NCBI GenBank assembly: GCA_964016885.1
Contig: OZ024757.1
Location: forward strand, 39,060,001 to 39,124,000
DNA from: Eledone cirrhosa
Taxonomy: Eukaryota
Direction: 5' to 3'
Length of the DNA stretch: 64,000 nucleotides
Shown: piece after piece, positions 26,753 to 39,268 of the stretch
Numbering within the stretch: position 1 is the first letter of the stretch
Layout: each line of letters opens with the position of its first letter
Program-made: the position numbers and the translations under genes
Notes under the pieces: generated by a model
Told to the model about the DNA's origin: nothing
Databases searched by the model: none
What the model saw: only the letters and a program-made list of their open reading frames with translations

Positions 26753-27513
26753 ATATATATTATATATTAGCTCTGCTTGATCCTATCATAGTATAGACAC
26801 AAAATACACCTACTAGATGAGTAACGTTTTCTCTCATAAAATGGTACTAATGATCCCCCCTCTCACTCTTTCTTTATATATGTGGGTGTGTGTGTATATA
26901 TATATATATATGGGGGTGTACAGGTGAGTGTGAGTGTGCAGAAATGTAACTCACAAATATCTCAACCGTACATTTCAGATGGTGAGATAGAGACAATGGG
27001 ACACAATATACTTGTTACAGTTATATATATTATGGACGTCTGAATTATCTGAATGAGTACAAAGGAAGGTCAACTATAATGGCGGTTGACACGTCAAGAG
27101 AGAAATCGAAAACCAGTTACCATGAAACATCTATAATATGTTGCACTGTAGTATAACCTTAGTTATAGAAGTCTAAAAACATTGTAGAAAAATCCAAATA
27201 ACCGTTTATATATTATCTTTGAATTATTAGTCGTGTAACAATACGCTTAGATATTCTCTTTTATTTCCTAACATATTTATTTTTGTTTAAATATAGAGTG
27301 ATAGATGAAACAAATACAGAAAGAAATGTTTTGCCATGTAAAAAGACATAAAGTAATAATGTACAAAACAGCATAATAAAAAATAACGAAATGACAGTGG
27401 AAATAGCGATAATATATATTTTAACAAATAAGAATTCAGACAGTAAAAAAAAAATTATCGCGAATGGCTTATTACATTCTGCATAGGAGAAAGCAATTGA
27501 TTATGGCTTAAAA

Positions 27514-27558
<45 letters not shown>

Positions 27559-27573
27559 CTGTGTAGTTGGTTG

Positions 27574-27608
<35 letters not shown>

Positions 27609-27621
27609 CTGTGTAGTTGGT

Positions 27622-27664
<43 letters not shown>

Positions 27665-27677
27665 GTATGTATGTATG

Positions 27678-28271
27678 TCAGGTCATCAGTTGGTGCTACT
27701 GGTAACATGTATCCAATGGTCGGGTCGTTGGCGATTAAACTGGCAACCCCACCAAGGTTTCTTGGTGAGGAGGGTGGCTTTGGACATCCTGCAGGACTAA
27801 AAACAAAACCTGTCAAAGGGCAAAGGAGCTCTTAAGAGTCAATGGCCATCCAAAATCACCGGGAGAGATGACTCCTTAGCCGTTGTCAAGGCAGAATTCT
27901 AGGAGAAGGAAAACTCTGATATAACACCTGCAACCCTGATGGTATCCAATGATGTTGACTTGTTCTTCTTTTTGGTAAATATCATTTTGGTTAAGAGAGT
28001 GGGACTGGCTTTGTGCAGTGCCTTTGCTCACTATAAAAGCTTCACGACACGGGCATTGCTTTATATCTGGAGATCTGTCTGCACTTGTCGTCACATGGTA
28101 CCATGGGCCCAGCACTATGTGTCAATAATTGTCACAAGTGTAGTGTTGGTACCAGAGTTTTCAAGTTGCTGGCTGGATTAAAAAGTCACACTCGTTCAGC
28201 GCATCGGTTGGGGTTCTCCTACATGGATATAAAGTAGTGGCCATACTCGAAAACGAGTTGGCAGCCACCAT
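27678..28271 (+). mobile_element. Non-autonomous bipartite RTE-derived element, full-length copy
   Basis: Colinear with 6019-6627; tgtgtagttggtt occurs on both flanks (possible target-site duplication). Confidence 0.7.
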
Positions 28272-29283
28272 GTATGTATGTGTAGTTGGTTATATATATA
28301 TATATATATATGTATATGATATGAAAAGAGTTTATACTTTTTTAGTTATATATAATAAAATATTCAAAACAATATTACTTTTGTGAAATGCCAGAAAGTA
28401 AATATATTTAACCTATCTGCACTGTTTTTACATCGGAGTATAACTGATGTAACAAATTCTTTTATGAAAAATAAGCAGGTACGCTTTAACATATATTCAA
28501 TTCGTGATCTTAAAAATAAGTATTTCGTTAGAGATAAACGCAATTTCTCCCTCGATATCAACAACTCTTCGCTTTACCGTTTTTATGACATTTACTATAA
28601 CCAGTCAGTGACCTTTGCTATGTATTAAAAGCCCTTTAAGTTTAGCTGATGTACCTTCTGATCAATAAAGTAATTGTAGAAATTCTAACAAGTTATTTAT
28701 TAAACAATTACAAGATGTTCACTATCTGTGACCTTTATACGTCAAGGGCAATTCGTTTTTAAAAGCATTGCCAGAGAAGAGAACACTACGGATCGATATA
28801 TAGTTTGCGTCAACTTTGCACCTTTCCCTATAATTCATATAACATATCATGAGATCGCTCTATTTAACTGCTTTCCAAAGATCAAACGGCAAAGTAATTC
28901 AACTTTAAGGAAATGCCATGAACAACTTAAGCAATAAGTAGATGTATACATATATATCGAAGAAAACAAATATATTATACGATTTCTTAATGTGGGTTCG
29001 TGAACACGAGCGGAAAACAACCTTGATATATTTTACTTCAAAAGGATATTTACGTATTCTATTTTGTTTTTGACTTCAAAGGATTGAAGTTCATCTCATT
29101 AGAATCGTGTTAGCTAAATTATGAAAATTCTTTTCATTTTGTAAATACTCGATTTATCTGGGTTTCTTGAATGTTGCAAATATCTGCATTTGGTTTAAAA
29201 TATAATAGATACTATTAAAATATATTCAGATGTAAAACAAATTACATAGACATTGGAGAACTTATATATTTAATATTTATATA

Positions 29284-29781
29284 CAAGGTGATTGCAAAGT
29301 AACTCCCTATTGTAAAATTCATATAATTTATTTCTTAACTATAGTCTTTACAAGAAATGAATATGGGCAGACAGCATATCACATGGGATTTTATTCAAAA
29401 TTCAATATGGCCACCAGCATTCGCCACCAGCTTTTGAAGCCGCCCGGGAACCGCATCAATTTATTTCCCCAGGAACTCTTGTGGGATAGAAGCCATAACT
29501 TCTCGTATTCGCCCTTCAAGATCTTCCAAAGTCGCTGGTTTAGTAGAGTAGGAAGAAACAAGTCCCAGGGTGTTACGTCAGGACTTGCGGTTTACCACTC
29601 ATGCGGACCAAGATGACCCATCCCTCCCTCAGGGAAGTTGGCATTCAGCCATTCACGAACAACAGAAGCAACATCAAATATTCAATATTCTCCCAAGTAC
29701 TGATAACTGGCCAGATTCCATCTTGTAGCATGGTGATGTACCTTTCGGCATTCAATAGGGAGTTACTTTTCAATCACCCTG
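29284..29781 (-). mobile_element. Internally deleted Tc1/mariner-superfamily DNA transposon
   Basis: 29-bp TIRs (caaggtgattgcaaagtaactccctattg / cagggtgattgaaaagtaactccctattg) with TA on both sides. Minus-strand transposase relics: VVREWLNANFPEGGMGHLGPHEW*TASPDVTPWDLFL (cf. WPxRSPDLTPxDFFL) and TKPATLEDLEGRIREVMASIP...GGHIEF*. Confidence 0.88.
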
Positions 29782-30004
29782 TATATCTTTGAACACGGAA
29801 TGGGTAAAGTCTTTAGGGTGGCGGTGTAAAAATGCATCGCTATTTATTCCATCTCATTGCGCTCTGCGTTCAAATCTCGCCAAGTTCAACTTATCGTGCA
29901 TCTGTTGGAGATCAATAAATAAATTACCAGTTTAGTATGGGGTAAAATCTCTCTCACTGCCTACAGGTCTGTTTCGCTTTCTATCTGCCAGTGTGTATGT
30001 CTGT

Positions 30005-30230
30005 TTCTCTCTCTCTCTCTCTATCTCTCTATCTATCTATATCTCTCTTTCTCTCTCTCTCTCTCTGTAAGTCTTTAGGTATGTCTCTCTCTCTCTCTCT
30101 CTGTAAGTCTAGGTATGTCTCTCTCTCTCTGTAAGTCTAGGTATGTCTCTCTCTCTCTGTAAGTCTAGGTATGTCTCTCTCTCTCTCTCTTTGTAAGTCT
30201 CTAGGTATCTCTCTCTCTCTCTCTGTCTCT
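30005..30230. repeat. (CT)n microsatellite with minisatellite unit (ct)n-gtaagtctaggtatgt
   Basis: Five units visible at 30060-30210. Confidence 0.85.
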
Positions 30231-30934
30231 AGAAGAAAGACACTACCTGTTTTACGAATGGGATATGAATGGACTCCACCAGGCTTAAAATTGTCAAAAC
30301 AGAATGTTGATCATATAACGCCATGAAAAGTTAAAAGCAACTTTTAGCTTTATATCACTTAGCATGTGTTAACGCTGGAGATGGTCTTCTTCTCCAATCA
30401 TTCATCTTTTCTCTGCTGCATTTGGTACTGATGTAAACTTTATATCTGAAACACATACACACAAAGCAGAGACACAACTACATACACACACACACAACCA
30501 TCTCTCTCTCTCATCTCATTCTCTTTGCAGCTAATTATTCTTTTAGTTATGACACCAATTTGTGTTTTATCCAACTGTTAATGTCAAACATTTTCTTTTA
30601 CATACATTACACGAGGAATCTCTTGTTTCTCATATAATCAATACTTTTGGAACTTATTTATCGATCAAGTAATTATGAAAACTGTATGTTGAACACTTTT
30701 ATGAACTTGATCCATAATATCTGAATATATCATGTGAAATATTATCGTAACTTTGCCCTGATATATCAGTAGTGCAACTGAGATCGATAGATCAATGTTT
30801 TATGAGTATTAGACATATCTAACAGAATTATCTCGATGATGCTGTTGTATCATTTTCCTTTTTACGGTCTTATGCTGTCTACACTTCGATATATATAGGC
30901 ACAAGTTTGGACACGTCTTCTTCTTCTTCTTGCT

Positions 30935-31237
30935 GATAGATCTGAGAGTTACTCCAGATGGAGTCGCCACTTCTCCGAATTGAGAGATCACCATTCCGAT
31001 TCTACGGTAATGTGGTTAGAATGTCTCAAGAAAGAATCACTGAACAAATTTTACAGGCAAACCAACGAACAGGAGCCCCAAAAGTAGACCCCGAGCAAGA
31101 TGGTTGGTTAACATCCACGAGCTTGGCTAGGCTCGCTTGGGAACCACCCGGATTAGTTGGAGATACTTGCTTCTGAGAGGTTCCGCTGGCAGAAGCGTTT
31201 GATACTGTTCCCCCACGACCCTCTGAGGAATAAGTGG
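30935..31237 (+). mobile_element. RTE-clade LINE 3' remnant (decayed ORF C-terminus)
   Basis: MESPLLRIERSPFRFYGNVVRMSQERITEQILQA resembles the RTE motif LLRIERxQLRWFGHVxRMxxERxxxxIL; frameshifted downstream. Confidence 0.75.
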
Positions 31238-32434
31238 GCAAAGAAGTATATTTTAACATTAATCCCCCAATCCATATACAGACTTTGTTACACTAGCCTT
31301 GTAATCTTAGTCGTACATTATTTTAAAGATGTACTGGTAATACTTATTTTTGTCGACATACAAATATTTCTTCTTTTTTTTTTTGCGCTACACTAGATAT
31401 TCTCAATCAATATACATGTTAAGTATTTAGTCTTCCGTTTTCAAGGGAGTTAATTTACCATTGTAACTCAGAATAGCTTTGGGTTAAAATTAATAGGAAC
31501 ATTGACGTTAGGAGGCATCTTATCAAGTACTTAATATATATGTGAATATCCGGTTTTATAAGCGTTTCATCACGAGAAAGGAAAGAGAGAAAGTATTGAG
31601 CGTTTTGACATTTTAAAGATAACTAGAAAATCGATATTTATTGTACAAGGAGTTTAAAATACTACGCCCTCTCCGCTTCGTTTAAAAATCGATAAATATT
31701 GTTCAAGGAATAGGCTAAGCATCCCAAACATATAAGTTTATTATGTGTGTAAAGCCTTTCGTTTTATTATAACCTTGAAAAATTATAAATAACAAACCGC
31801 ATGCAAGTAAAGGAAGGCAGATATAAAATTGATTTTCTTTTTTTTTTTTTATATATAACTTTCTGCTAAAATGTCTGCTTTCTAGTGAAATCGAATCGAA
31901 TATGCTTTATATTTTAAGAAAAATGTCTTTCTATGAAACCATGTAGCTTAAGCAAAGAAGATGAGGCATTGATGCATTAACAGATCTCAATCTTTTCTTG
32001 ATCGAGTAAGTTTCAGTGTGCAAATTAATTTATGTGAAGATATTGATTCGCCACAAGAGATGTCAAGCGTTCAAGAATAAGACATGAGACGAAAAAGACT
32101 ATAGTTATTTGGTGGGTTGTTTTTTGTTTATATATATATTTCATTTTTTTTTTTGTTTTGTTTCTACAAAGTTTAACATATATCCTGAATACTGAAGGAA
32201 AAATACAGTATTCCATATGGGTAGAATATTGTATTATTTGTGTGTGGTATATAAAGCGAAATCCCTTCATTCGTCTAAACATGATGTTCTCACAAGCGTG
32301 AATATAGAATTTATATAAATAGGCAGAGAGAGATGGCTAAGTGGTTAAATGGTTGTTCTGCATCCTTGTGTTTTCTACTGTAGACTCTACTGAACCAATG
32401 CCATGCGAATAGAAGTTAGTAGATGGAAACGGGA

Positions 32435-32958
32435 TACATACATATACACACATATATATATATATATGTGTGTGTATGTGTGTGTATATATATATGCGTG
32501 TGTATGTGTGTATATATATATGCGTGTGTATGTGTGTATATATATATGCGTGTGTATGTGTGTATATATATATGCGTGTGTATGAGTGTATATATATATG
32601 CGTGTGTATGTGTGTATATATATATGCGTGTGTATGAGTGTATATATATATATATGTGTGTGTATATATATGTGTGTGTGTATATATGTGTGTGTGTGTG
32701 TATATGTGTGTGTGTGCGTATATATGTGTGTATATATATGTGTGTGTGTGTGTGTGTATATATATGTGTGTGTGTGTGTGTATATATATATGCGTGTGTG
32801 TGTGTGTATATATATATGCGTGTGTGTGTATATGTGTATGTACATGTGTGTGTGCATATATATGTGTGTGTGTGTGTGTATACATATTTGTGTGTGTATA
32901 TATATATATGGGTATATATGTGTACATGGGTATATATATATGTGTACATGGGTATATA

Positions 32959-33001
<43 letters not shown>
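32435..33001. repeat. (TG)n/(TA)n compound microsatellite
   Basis: Directly visible. Confidence 0.95.
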
Positions 33002-33008
<7 letters not shown>

Positions 33009-33537
33009 GAGAGAGATTAGTGTCGGTTTAGGTATCGTTATGCACATACTTTTATTCTTTTTTTATGGGGTGGGAGAGGCAAATAAGTGGAGTGGAGCAA
33101 CATAAAATGAAGTACTGCAATCAAGAAGACAAGGATTCGAACTAACGACAGTAGGATGACCACTAACAACTACGCTGCACGTATTTACTCCATAATATAT
33201 GGCTTATAACTTAACATTTGTTGTTGCAGAAGTCTTTGTGAATTACTATCTAACTATAATGAATGTGGCACTGCAGAGTCTCTGAAAAACTAATTTTGAA
33301 TATTTAATTATTTCTGTATTTTAAGTGGAAGGGAATGTGATACTTCTTTTTCTTCTTCTTCTTCTTTGCCTTCTTCTTCTTTGCCTTCTTCTTCTTCTTT
33401 TTCTTTGCCTTCTTCTATGTTACTTTGGAACTTATTCTGCAGTTTACAAGTCAGACGGAAGACAACTTAGACATTCTGTAGGTTTTTTTCCCCGTATATT
33501 CTTTTCGTATATTTTGTGTGTATTTGTCGAAACGTTT

Positions 33538-33568
<31 letters not shown>

Positions 33569-34068
33569 GGTTCGTATATATATATTGTTTTTTGTTTTTT
33601 TTTCATATATTGTTTGTGTGGGTTTTTTTTCGTATATATTGTGTGTGTGTGTGGGGGGGGGTTCGTATATATTATGTGTGTGGTTTTTTTCATATATATA
33701 TTGGTTGCGTGTGTTTGTTTCTTTTCCTGTATATTATGTGCGTGTGGTTTTTTTCGTATATATATTGTGTGTGTATGTATGTATGTGATGTTTTTTCGTA
33801 TATTATGTGTGTCTATATTTTTTTTCTTAGGTTCTATCTTCCTATCTTTTGTTTTACACATTGTTATGCCCAGTAATTCTACATGGGTGGTATAAGTGTG
33901 CTCAAATCAGAAACAGTTACACACACACACACACCTCAGCAGTTCAAACTGACAGGCTGTGCCTATGCTATGCTAGGGCACCACAAAATACATATTTAAT
34001 ATATGGATGGTGGCAGCTTCTCACTAAAGAAGCAGAATCTATTTTATATATATATATATATATATAAT

Positions 34069-34254
34069 ATATAGAAAAGCTTCTACAGGACTAGAACTGT
34101 TTCATTCGTGAGAAAACATCAGGAAGCCCAGATGTTTTCTCACGAATTAAATAGTTCTAGTCCTGTAGAAGCTTTTCTATATTAAATATTTCTGCTTTGC
34201 TTTGTATTGAGTACCTTACTTACTGTGGTTACCCCCGATTGAACCCAGGATAAA

Positions 34255-34256
<2 letters not shown>
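34069..34256 (+). mobile_element. Family A fold-back hammerhead element
   Basis: Inverted arms 34069-34182. Minus-strand motif 34079-34127: gcttc-CTGATGT-tttctcacgaat-GAAA-cag...ctg-TA-gaagc. Family A tail. Confidence 0.8.
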
Positions 34257-34293
<37 letters not shown>

Positions 34294-34703
34294 GGGGGGG
34301 GGGTGTAATTTATTTGTTAACAAAAGAAAGAATAAGTACTCAATAACTCTGGTATTGCATAAGCAATTTGTCTTAAACGAAAATGTTTGACAGAGAATGT
34401 AAAAGTACTTTTGTTTCATGAAAGTTACCGTTGCATTAGCGTTGGTGTCGGGCGAAATAATTACGTACATACTTGCATATATACATATATATATATATGC
34501 GTAGATACATATATATATATACACATACACACACAAGAAGGAAAGCAAAGTTCCATATGCATTAAGTAAATTTAGAAAGGTACATTGGGTATGAGCCAAA
34601 GGAGAAAAGCATAACTCAGAATCAATGCGATATTGATTTTCATAGGGGACAAACAATATATGTAATATAAATCGGCGCAGGGGGAATTGAAATGAGTTAA
34701 ATA

Positions 34704-34738
<35 letters not shown>

Positions 34739-34942
34739 CAAAATGTAATTGTGTTACCTCTAGTAAAATAAGAAGAAAATAACTTTGTTCTTTCAAGTTT
34801 GCTTTATCTAATGTTTAAGATCTCTTAAATGTTGTAAAAATATACTCACGTACCTACACAAATAAACACCTTTTTTTCTTTCATACACACCCTCAAGCAC
34901 AGGCAATCACTTTATATATACTATATATACACAAGCAATATA

Positions 34943-35019
<77 letters not shown>

Positions 35020-35408
35020 TTGCTTACAAAGCCGAGATTAAAAGTTGAAGGCATTTAATTACTGTATTAAGATAAAAAAAATACGTGTGTGTCTCTGAAA
35101 GCTAAACTGAAATAACAAAACAAAACGGACTTTCTTTTTATCTTTCGAAGAAGAACCTTGTCCGAGACATCATTAACATTATTTTACTCCTCTCTGCGTC
35201 ATAAGTATATTATTCTATTGTGTCAATCTCGTTATGTATCACACCTTCCCTTGGACTCACACAGATTTCGGTCGCCCATTTAATCATATGTATCATAATT
35301 ATAAACTTTTATATATTTATAGTGAAAATATATTGTATTTGTGAATGTGGTGAAAGCTTTGAAAGAATTTGTGGAATATTTTATTTTTTATTTAAGAAGC
35401 ATTATAAT

Positions 35409-35647
35409 TAATTGTTTCTACTTTTAACACAAGGCCAGCAAAAACCCAGTACATTACTGGTACTTTATTTTATCGACCCCCTAAGGATGAAAGGCAGAGT
35501 TGAAGCATTATAATTAATGTTGTTCAAATCTGAGTTCAAATCCCGCCGAGGTTAACTTTGCCTTTCATCCTTATGGGGTCGGTAAAATAAAGTACCAGTA
35601 ATACACTCATTAATTGTTGGCCTTGTGCCAAAAATAGAAACAATTAT
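35409..35647. mobile_element. Two truncated dominant SINEs, head-to-head
   Basis: Minus copy 35409-35502, plus copy 35528-35647. Confidence 0.8.
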
Positions 35648-35710
35648 AATTAATGCTGTTATTTACGTTGTTGTTGATGTTGATGATGATTGTGATTTTT
35701 ATATTTCATA

Positions 35711-35748
35711 TTTATTTAATTTTTCTTTTTCATCTTTTACAGGTGAGT
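35711..35748 (+). promoter_or_regulatory. Candidate recursive splice site (3'SS immediately followed by 5'SS)
   Basis: tttatttaatttttctttttcatcttttacAG|GTGAGT in unique sequence. Confidence 0.4.
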
Positions 35749-36261
35749 CTATCTATCTATATATCTTCTATTCGGATCTCTGGACAACTTTTGTATTTCT
35801 TTGATGGTTTTCTGGTAATGTGTATGCATATTTTATACCAATTTATCCTAACACACTGATGACTGATAAACTTCCTTACAAGACAATAATATATGAGTAT
35901 ATGAATGTATATATATGATTAAATTCGTGTGAATGATTTTATATATATATATATATATGAAATAAACAGAAGTTACATAATCATATTAATTAATATACGT
36001 ATTTCTGTGATACCAGCATGGAGCTTTTATGTAATCGTAATAAGTGATTTGCACTAGTCTGACATCTTCAGATGTTAACACAATTATATAGGTTGGTCAC
36101 TATGTTGTTGGTTAACGGGAACTGTAAAACATTGCAATCTTATTTGTCGTGCAACTTAACTAAATTACATTCCTCAAATGAATTTACAAAATATTTTGTA
36201 TGACATTGGTTACTAAATAATGAATGTGACAGATATTTCTTTAATCATCTTCTTCTTATTT

Positions 36262-36305
<44 letters not shown>

Positions 36306-36436
36306 TTAGTCTAGTAATAATTAAGAATGTCTGAACGAAAGTGTTATTGCTGTCAAATTACTATTTGCATCGCCTAGAAAAAAATAACATTTCAAATTAC
36401 TGTTGGGTATTAATTCCGTCATATAAGTAGATATGC

Positions 36437-36470
<34 letters not shown>

Positions 36471-36686
36471 TTATAGGTGCTTATACTTGGAGGTTGCGCT
36501 CACTGTCGCGAGGATAAATCAATTTCAGCAATCAAAAACCACTTCAGACATGTATCCTTAGCAAAATGGTGATTATCTGTGACGGAGTTTTGATAATCCA
36601 GTACGTAGACAACAGGTTTCGTTAAACATAAATTTTTAAGAACCATTTTTGTACGTTATAAAGATCCTTTATATATATATATATAT

Positions 36687-36785
36687 AGTAATAATAATAA
36701 AATTGAAGACTAAAATCCAAGTTTCAGAAGATCCCGTTAAGGGTGAAAGCAGCGATTCTTTGCTTAAACTTTAATCTGTTATTTA

Positions 36786-36790
<5 letters not shown>
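36687..36790. mobile_element. Family C element with hammerhead motif at 36719-36771 (+)
   Basis: aagttt-CAGAAGA-t ccc gttaa ggg t-GAAA-gca gcgattctt tgc-TT-aaactt (U4 replaced by A). TA flanks; homologue at 62930-63030. Confidence 0.68.
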
Positions 36791-36838
<48 letters not shown>

Positions 36839-36933
36839 AGCGGCTCCTTTTTTTTTAAAAACATCTTATTTTAATAAATATTCTTAAATAATATAATCTG
36901 TATAGAACGTTTTCTAACGTCCACACCTTTTTT

Positions 36934-36978
<45 letters not shown>

Positions 36979-36981
<3 letters not shown>

Positions 36982-37038
36982 ACCAGAAATAGCCGTCGAA
37001 ACGGCTTGAGTTCTGCCGTCGGGGTCATACTTGTTCCT
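36979..37038 (+). mobile_element. Family B fragment (single arm)
   Basis: agaaatagccgtcGAAAcggcttgagttctgccgTCggggtcatac between TA repeats. Confidence 0.7.
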
Positions 37039-37409
37039 ATATTTATATATATATATGAGAGAGAGAAAAAGATTGTCCCTGAAGACTCGAAGGCAGTAAC
37101 CCAATTTAAATATAACTTTCAGAAACCACAAATGGATCCTCAATGTATTATAGCAATTGTTTTGTTTCGAATCATCTATGTTTATCGTTCACGATTCTAT
37201 TTTTTTTTTTTTTTCATCTATAAAATTATTTAAAATCAACAACTGTTAAAGTACTATCTATAAGGGAATAAATATTGAAGATATGAAATCCTCTGATAAG
37301 TTTACTATTAATAACTTTATCATATTCTCTAAATATGTGCAGTTTCTACTTTGAGGTATTCCGATATGAATATAAATAAGCCAATGTCCTCTCATTATTA
37401 CATTTGTGG

Positions 37410-37634
37410 TGCGGTGGATTGGTAGTATCGGTAGAGGGTCGGACGCCATGCTTTGCAGCAAAGAGTTGCGGCCCTTTATGATCTGAGTTCAAATCCCGCT
37501 GAGGTTAACTTTGCTTTTCATCCTTACGGGGTCGATCAAATAAAGTACCAGTCACACACTGGGGTCTGTCGATTTGATCGACATTCCCCTCCTCCAAAAT
37601 TGCTGGCCTTGTGCCAAAAGTAGAAACAATTATT
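37410..37634 (+). mobile_element. Dominant SINE, full-length long form
   Basis: Consensus match including the gtcgatttgatcgac segment. Confidence 0.85.
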
Positions 37635-38070
37635 ACATTTGGGGAGGGTCATGTTATAATATAACCAGATATATACAGTAAAACACACTGTTTGATTTGG
37701 TTTGGTTTGGTTTTTGCTTCAGTATATTTTATATTTCTCTAATTAATTCAGCCGGAAATCAATGTTTATCATTAAATGACCAACAGTTAGAAATATAGAT
37801 ATCCTATATATATATATAACATATAAGCGCTGAAAATTTGTTCCAAGTGTTCGATTCGCTCATAGGCAAATGCTTGGCACCTAACAAGCCTCTTCCAACC
37901 ACCGATCCATATAATGTAATCTACAGAATATAATATCATGAACAGTGAGAATGCTTAGGCTAATGTATTTATGATAACGCTAGTTATATGATAAATCGTG
38001 CGTTTCCGATATTTACATTTAGGAATGAGGTTTTAAATGAGGAAAAGATAAACCACTGGAAACTCGTGCT

Positions 38071-38101
<31 letters not shown>

Positions 38102-38191
38102 ATTTAGTGTGTGTGTGTATTTAATGTGTGTGTGTGTTTAATGTGTGTGTGTATATAAAAGATTTATATATCCACACGCACACATACACGA

Positions 38192-38237
<46 letters not shown>

Positions 38238-38473
38238 TGTAGATTTAAGTATACACGTGTAATATACATTTATGTCCATGCAGGTATGTGCATGTACACA
38301 CGTGTATGTATATATACATACATATATTTACGCGTATATACAGACATGCACTCACTCCTGTGTGTATGTGTACAGATAAATAAGCATGTGTGAGTCTAGA
38401 TACATATATATATAAATATATATATACGTGTGTGTGTTGTATATATATATATACATATATCTATCTATCTATC

Positions 38474-38507
<34 letters not shown>

Positions 38508-38919
38508 AATATGTGTGTGTGTGTCGGTGTATAGACAAATGTGAGTTTAGATAAGCATGTGAGCGTGTGTATATAGATGTGTATACAAATAAGTATGCGT
38601 TTATATAAATGTGCATGTGTGTGTGTACAGATAATTATGTATGTGTGAATGTAGATATATATATATATGTGCGTATGTGTACAAATATGTGTGTGTCTTT
38701 AGATAAATATGTGAGCGTGTATATAAATATGTGAGGAGTGTACGTGTGTATAAATATGAGGAGTGTGTGTGTGTGTATAAATATATGTACGTATGTATAT
38801 AAATGTGTGTGTGTGTACCTCATCACATTTCTGCATTATATAGTTGTTCTGTCGATTATATATATATTATTTATTCAGCCTAATATTTCTATATTTATTG
38901 TTTATCTGCCATTATTTCC

Positions 38920-39170
38920 ATGGCAGTATCTGTAGAGGGTCGGACGCCATGCTTTCCAGTATAGTTACGTCCCTTTACGGACTGAGTTTAAATACCACCG
39001 AGGTTGTCTTTGCCTTTCATCCATACGGGGTCGATAAAATAAAGTACCAGTAATACATTGGGTAAATGCTGGCCTTGTGCCAAAGTAGAAACAATTATTT
39101 CCATATCCATGGGCGGTGGATTGGCAGTATCGGTAGAGGGTCGGACGCCATGCTTTGCAGCACAGTTACA
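38920..39170 (+). mobile_element. Dominant SINE plus adjacent partial copy
   Basis: 38920-39097 and 39112-39170. Confidence 0.8.
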
Positions 39171-39236
39171 ATTATTTCCATATCCATTCAGAAGCATAAC
39201 TGCCAGTGATGGAAATAATTTCTAAGTATATTAATG

Positions 39237-39268
39237 ACTAGCAGTGTATCCCGGCGTTGCACGGGTAA
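39237..39268 (+). mobile_element. Possible Helitron/Helentron-type terminus
   Basis: actagcagtgtatcccggcgttgcacgggta: CTAG followed by a GC-rich hairpin; the other end was not identified. Confidence 0.35.

Noticed and set aside
26911-26930. Second AG|GTGAGT recursive-splice candidate
   Set aside because: No polypyrimidine tract; lies in TG/TA repeat.
34610-34702. Minus-strand GAAA-atcaat...attgat-TC hairpin
   Set aside because: No CUGANGA core and no second copy in the window.
37073-37145. CTGAAGA...GAAAcca-caaa-tgg hammerhead-like motif
   Set aside because: No stem I, and U16.1 is missing.
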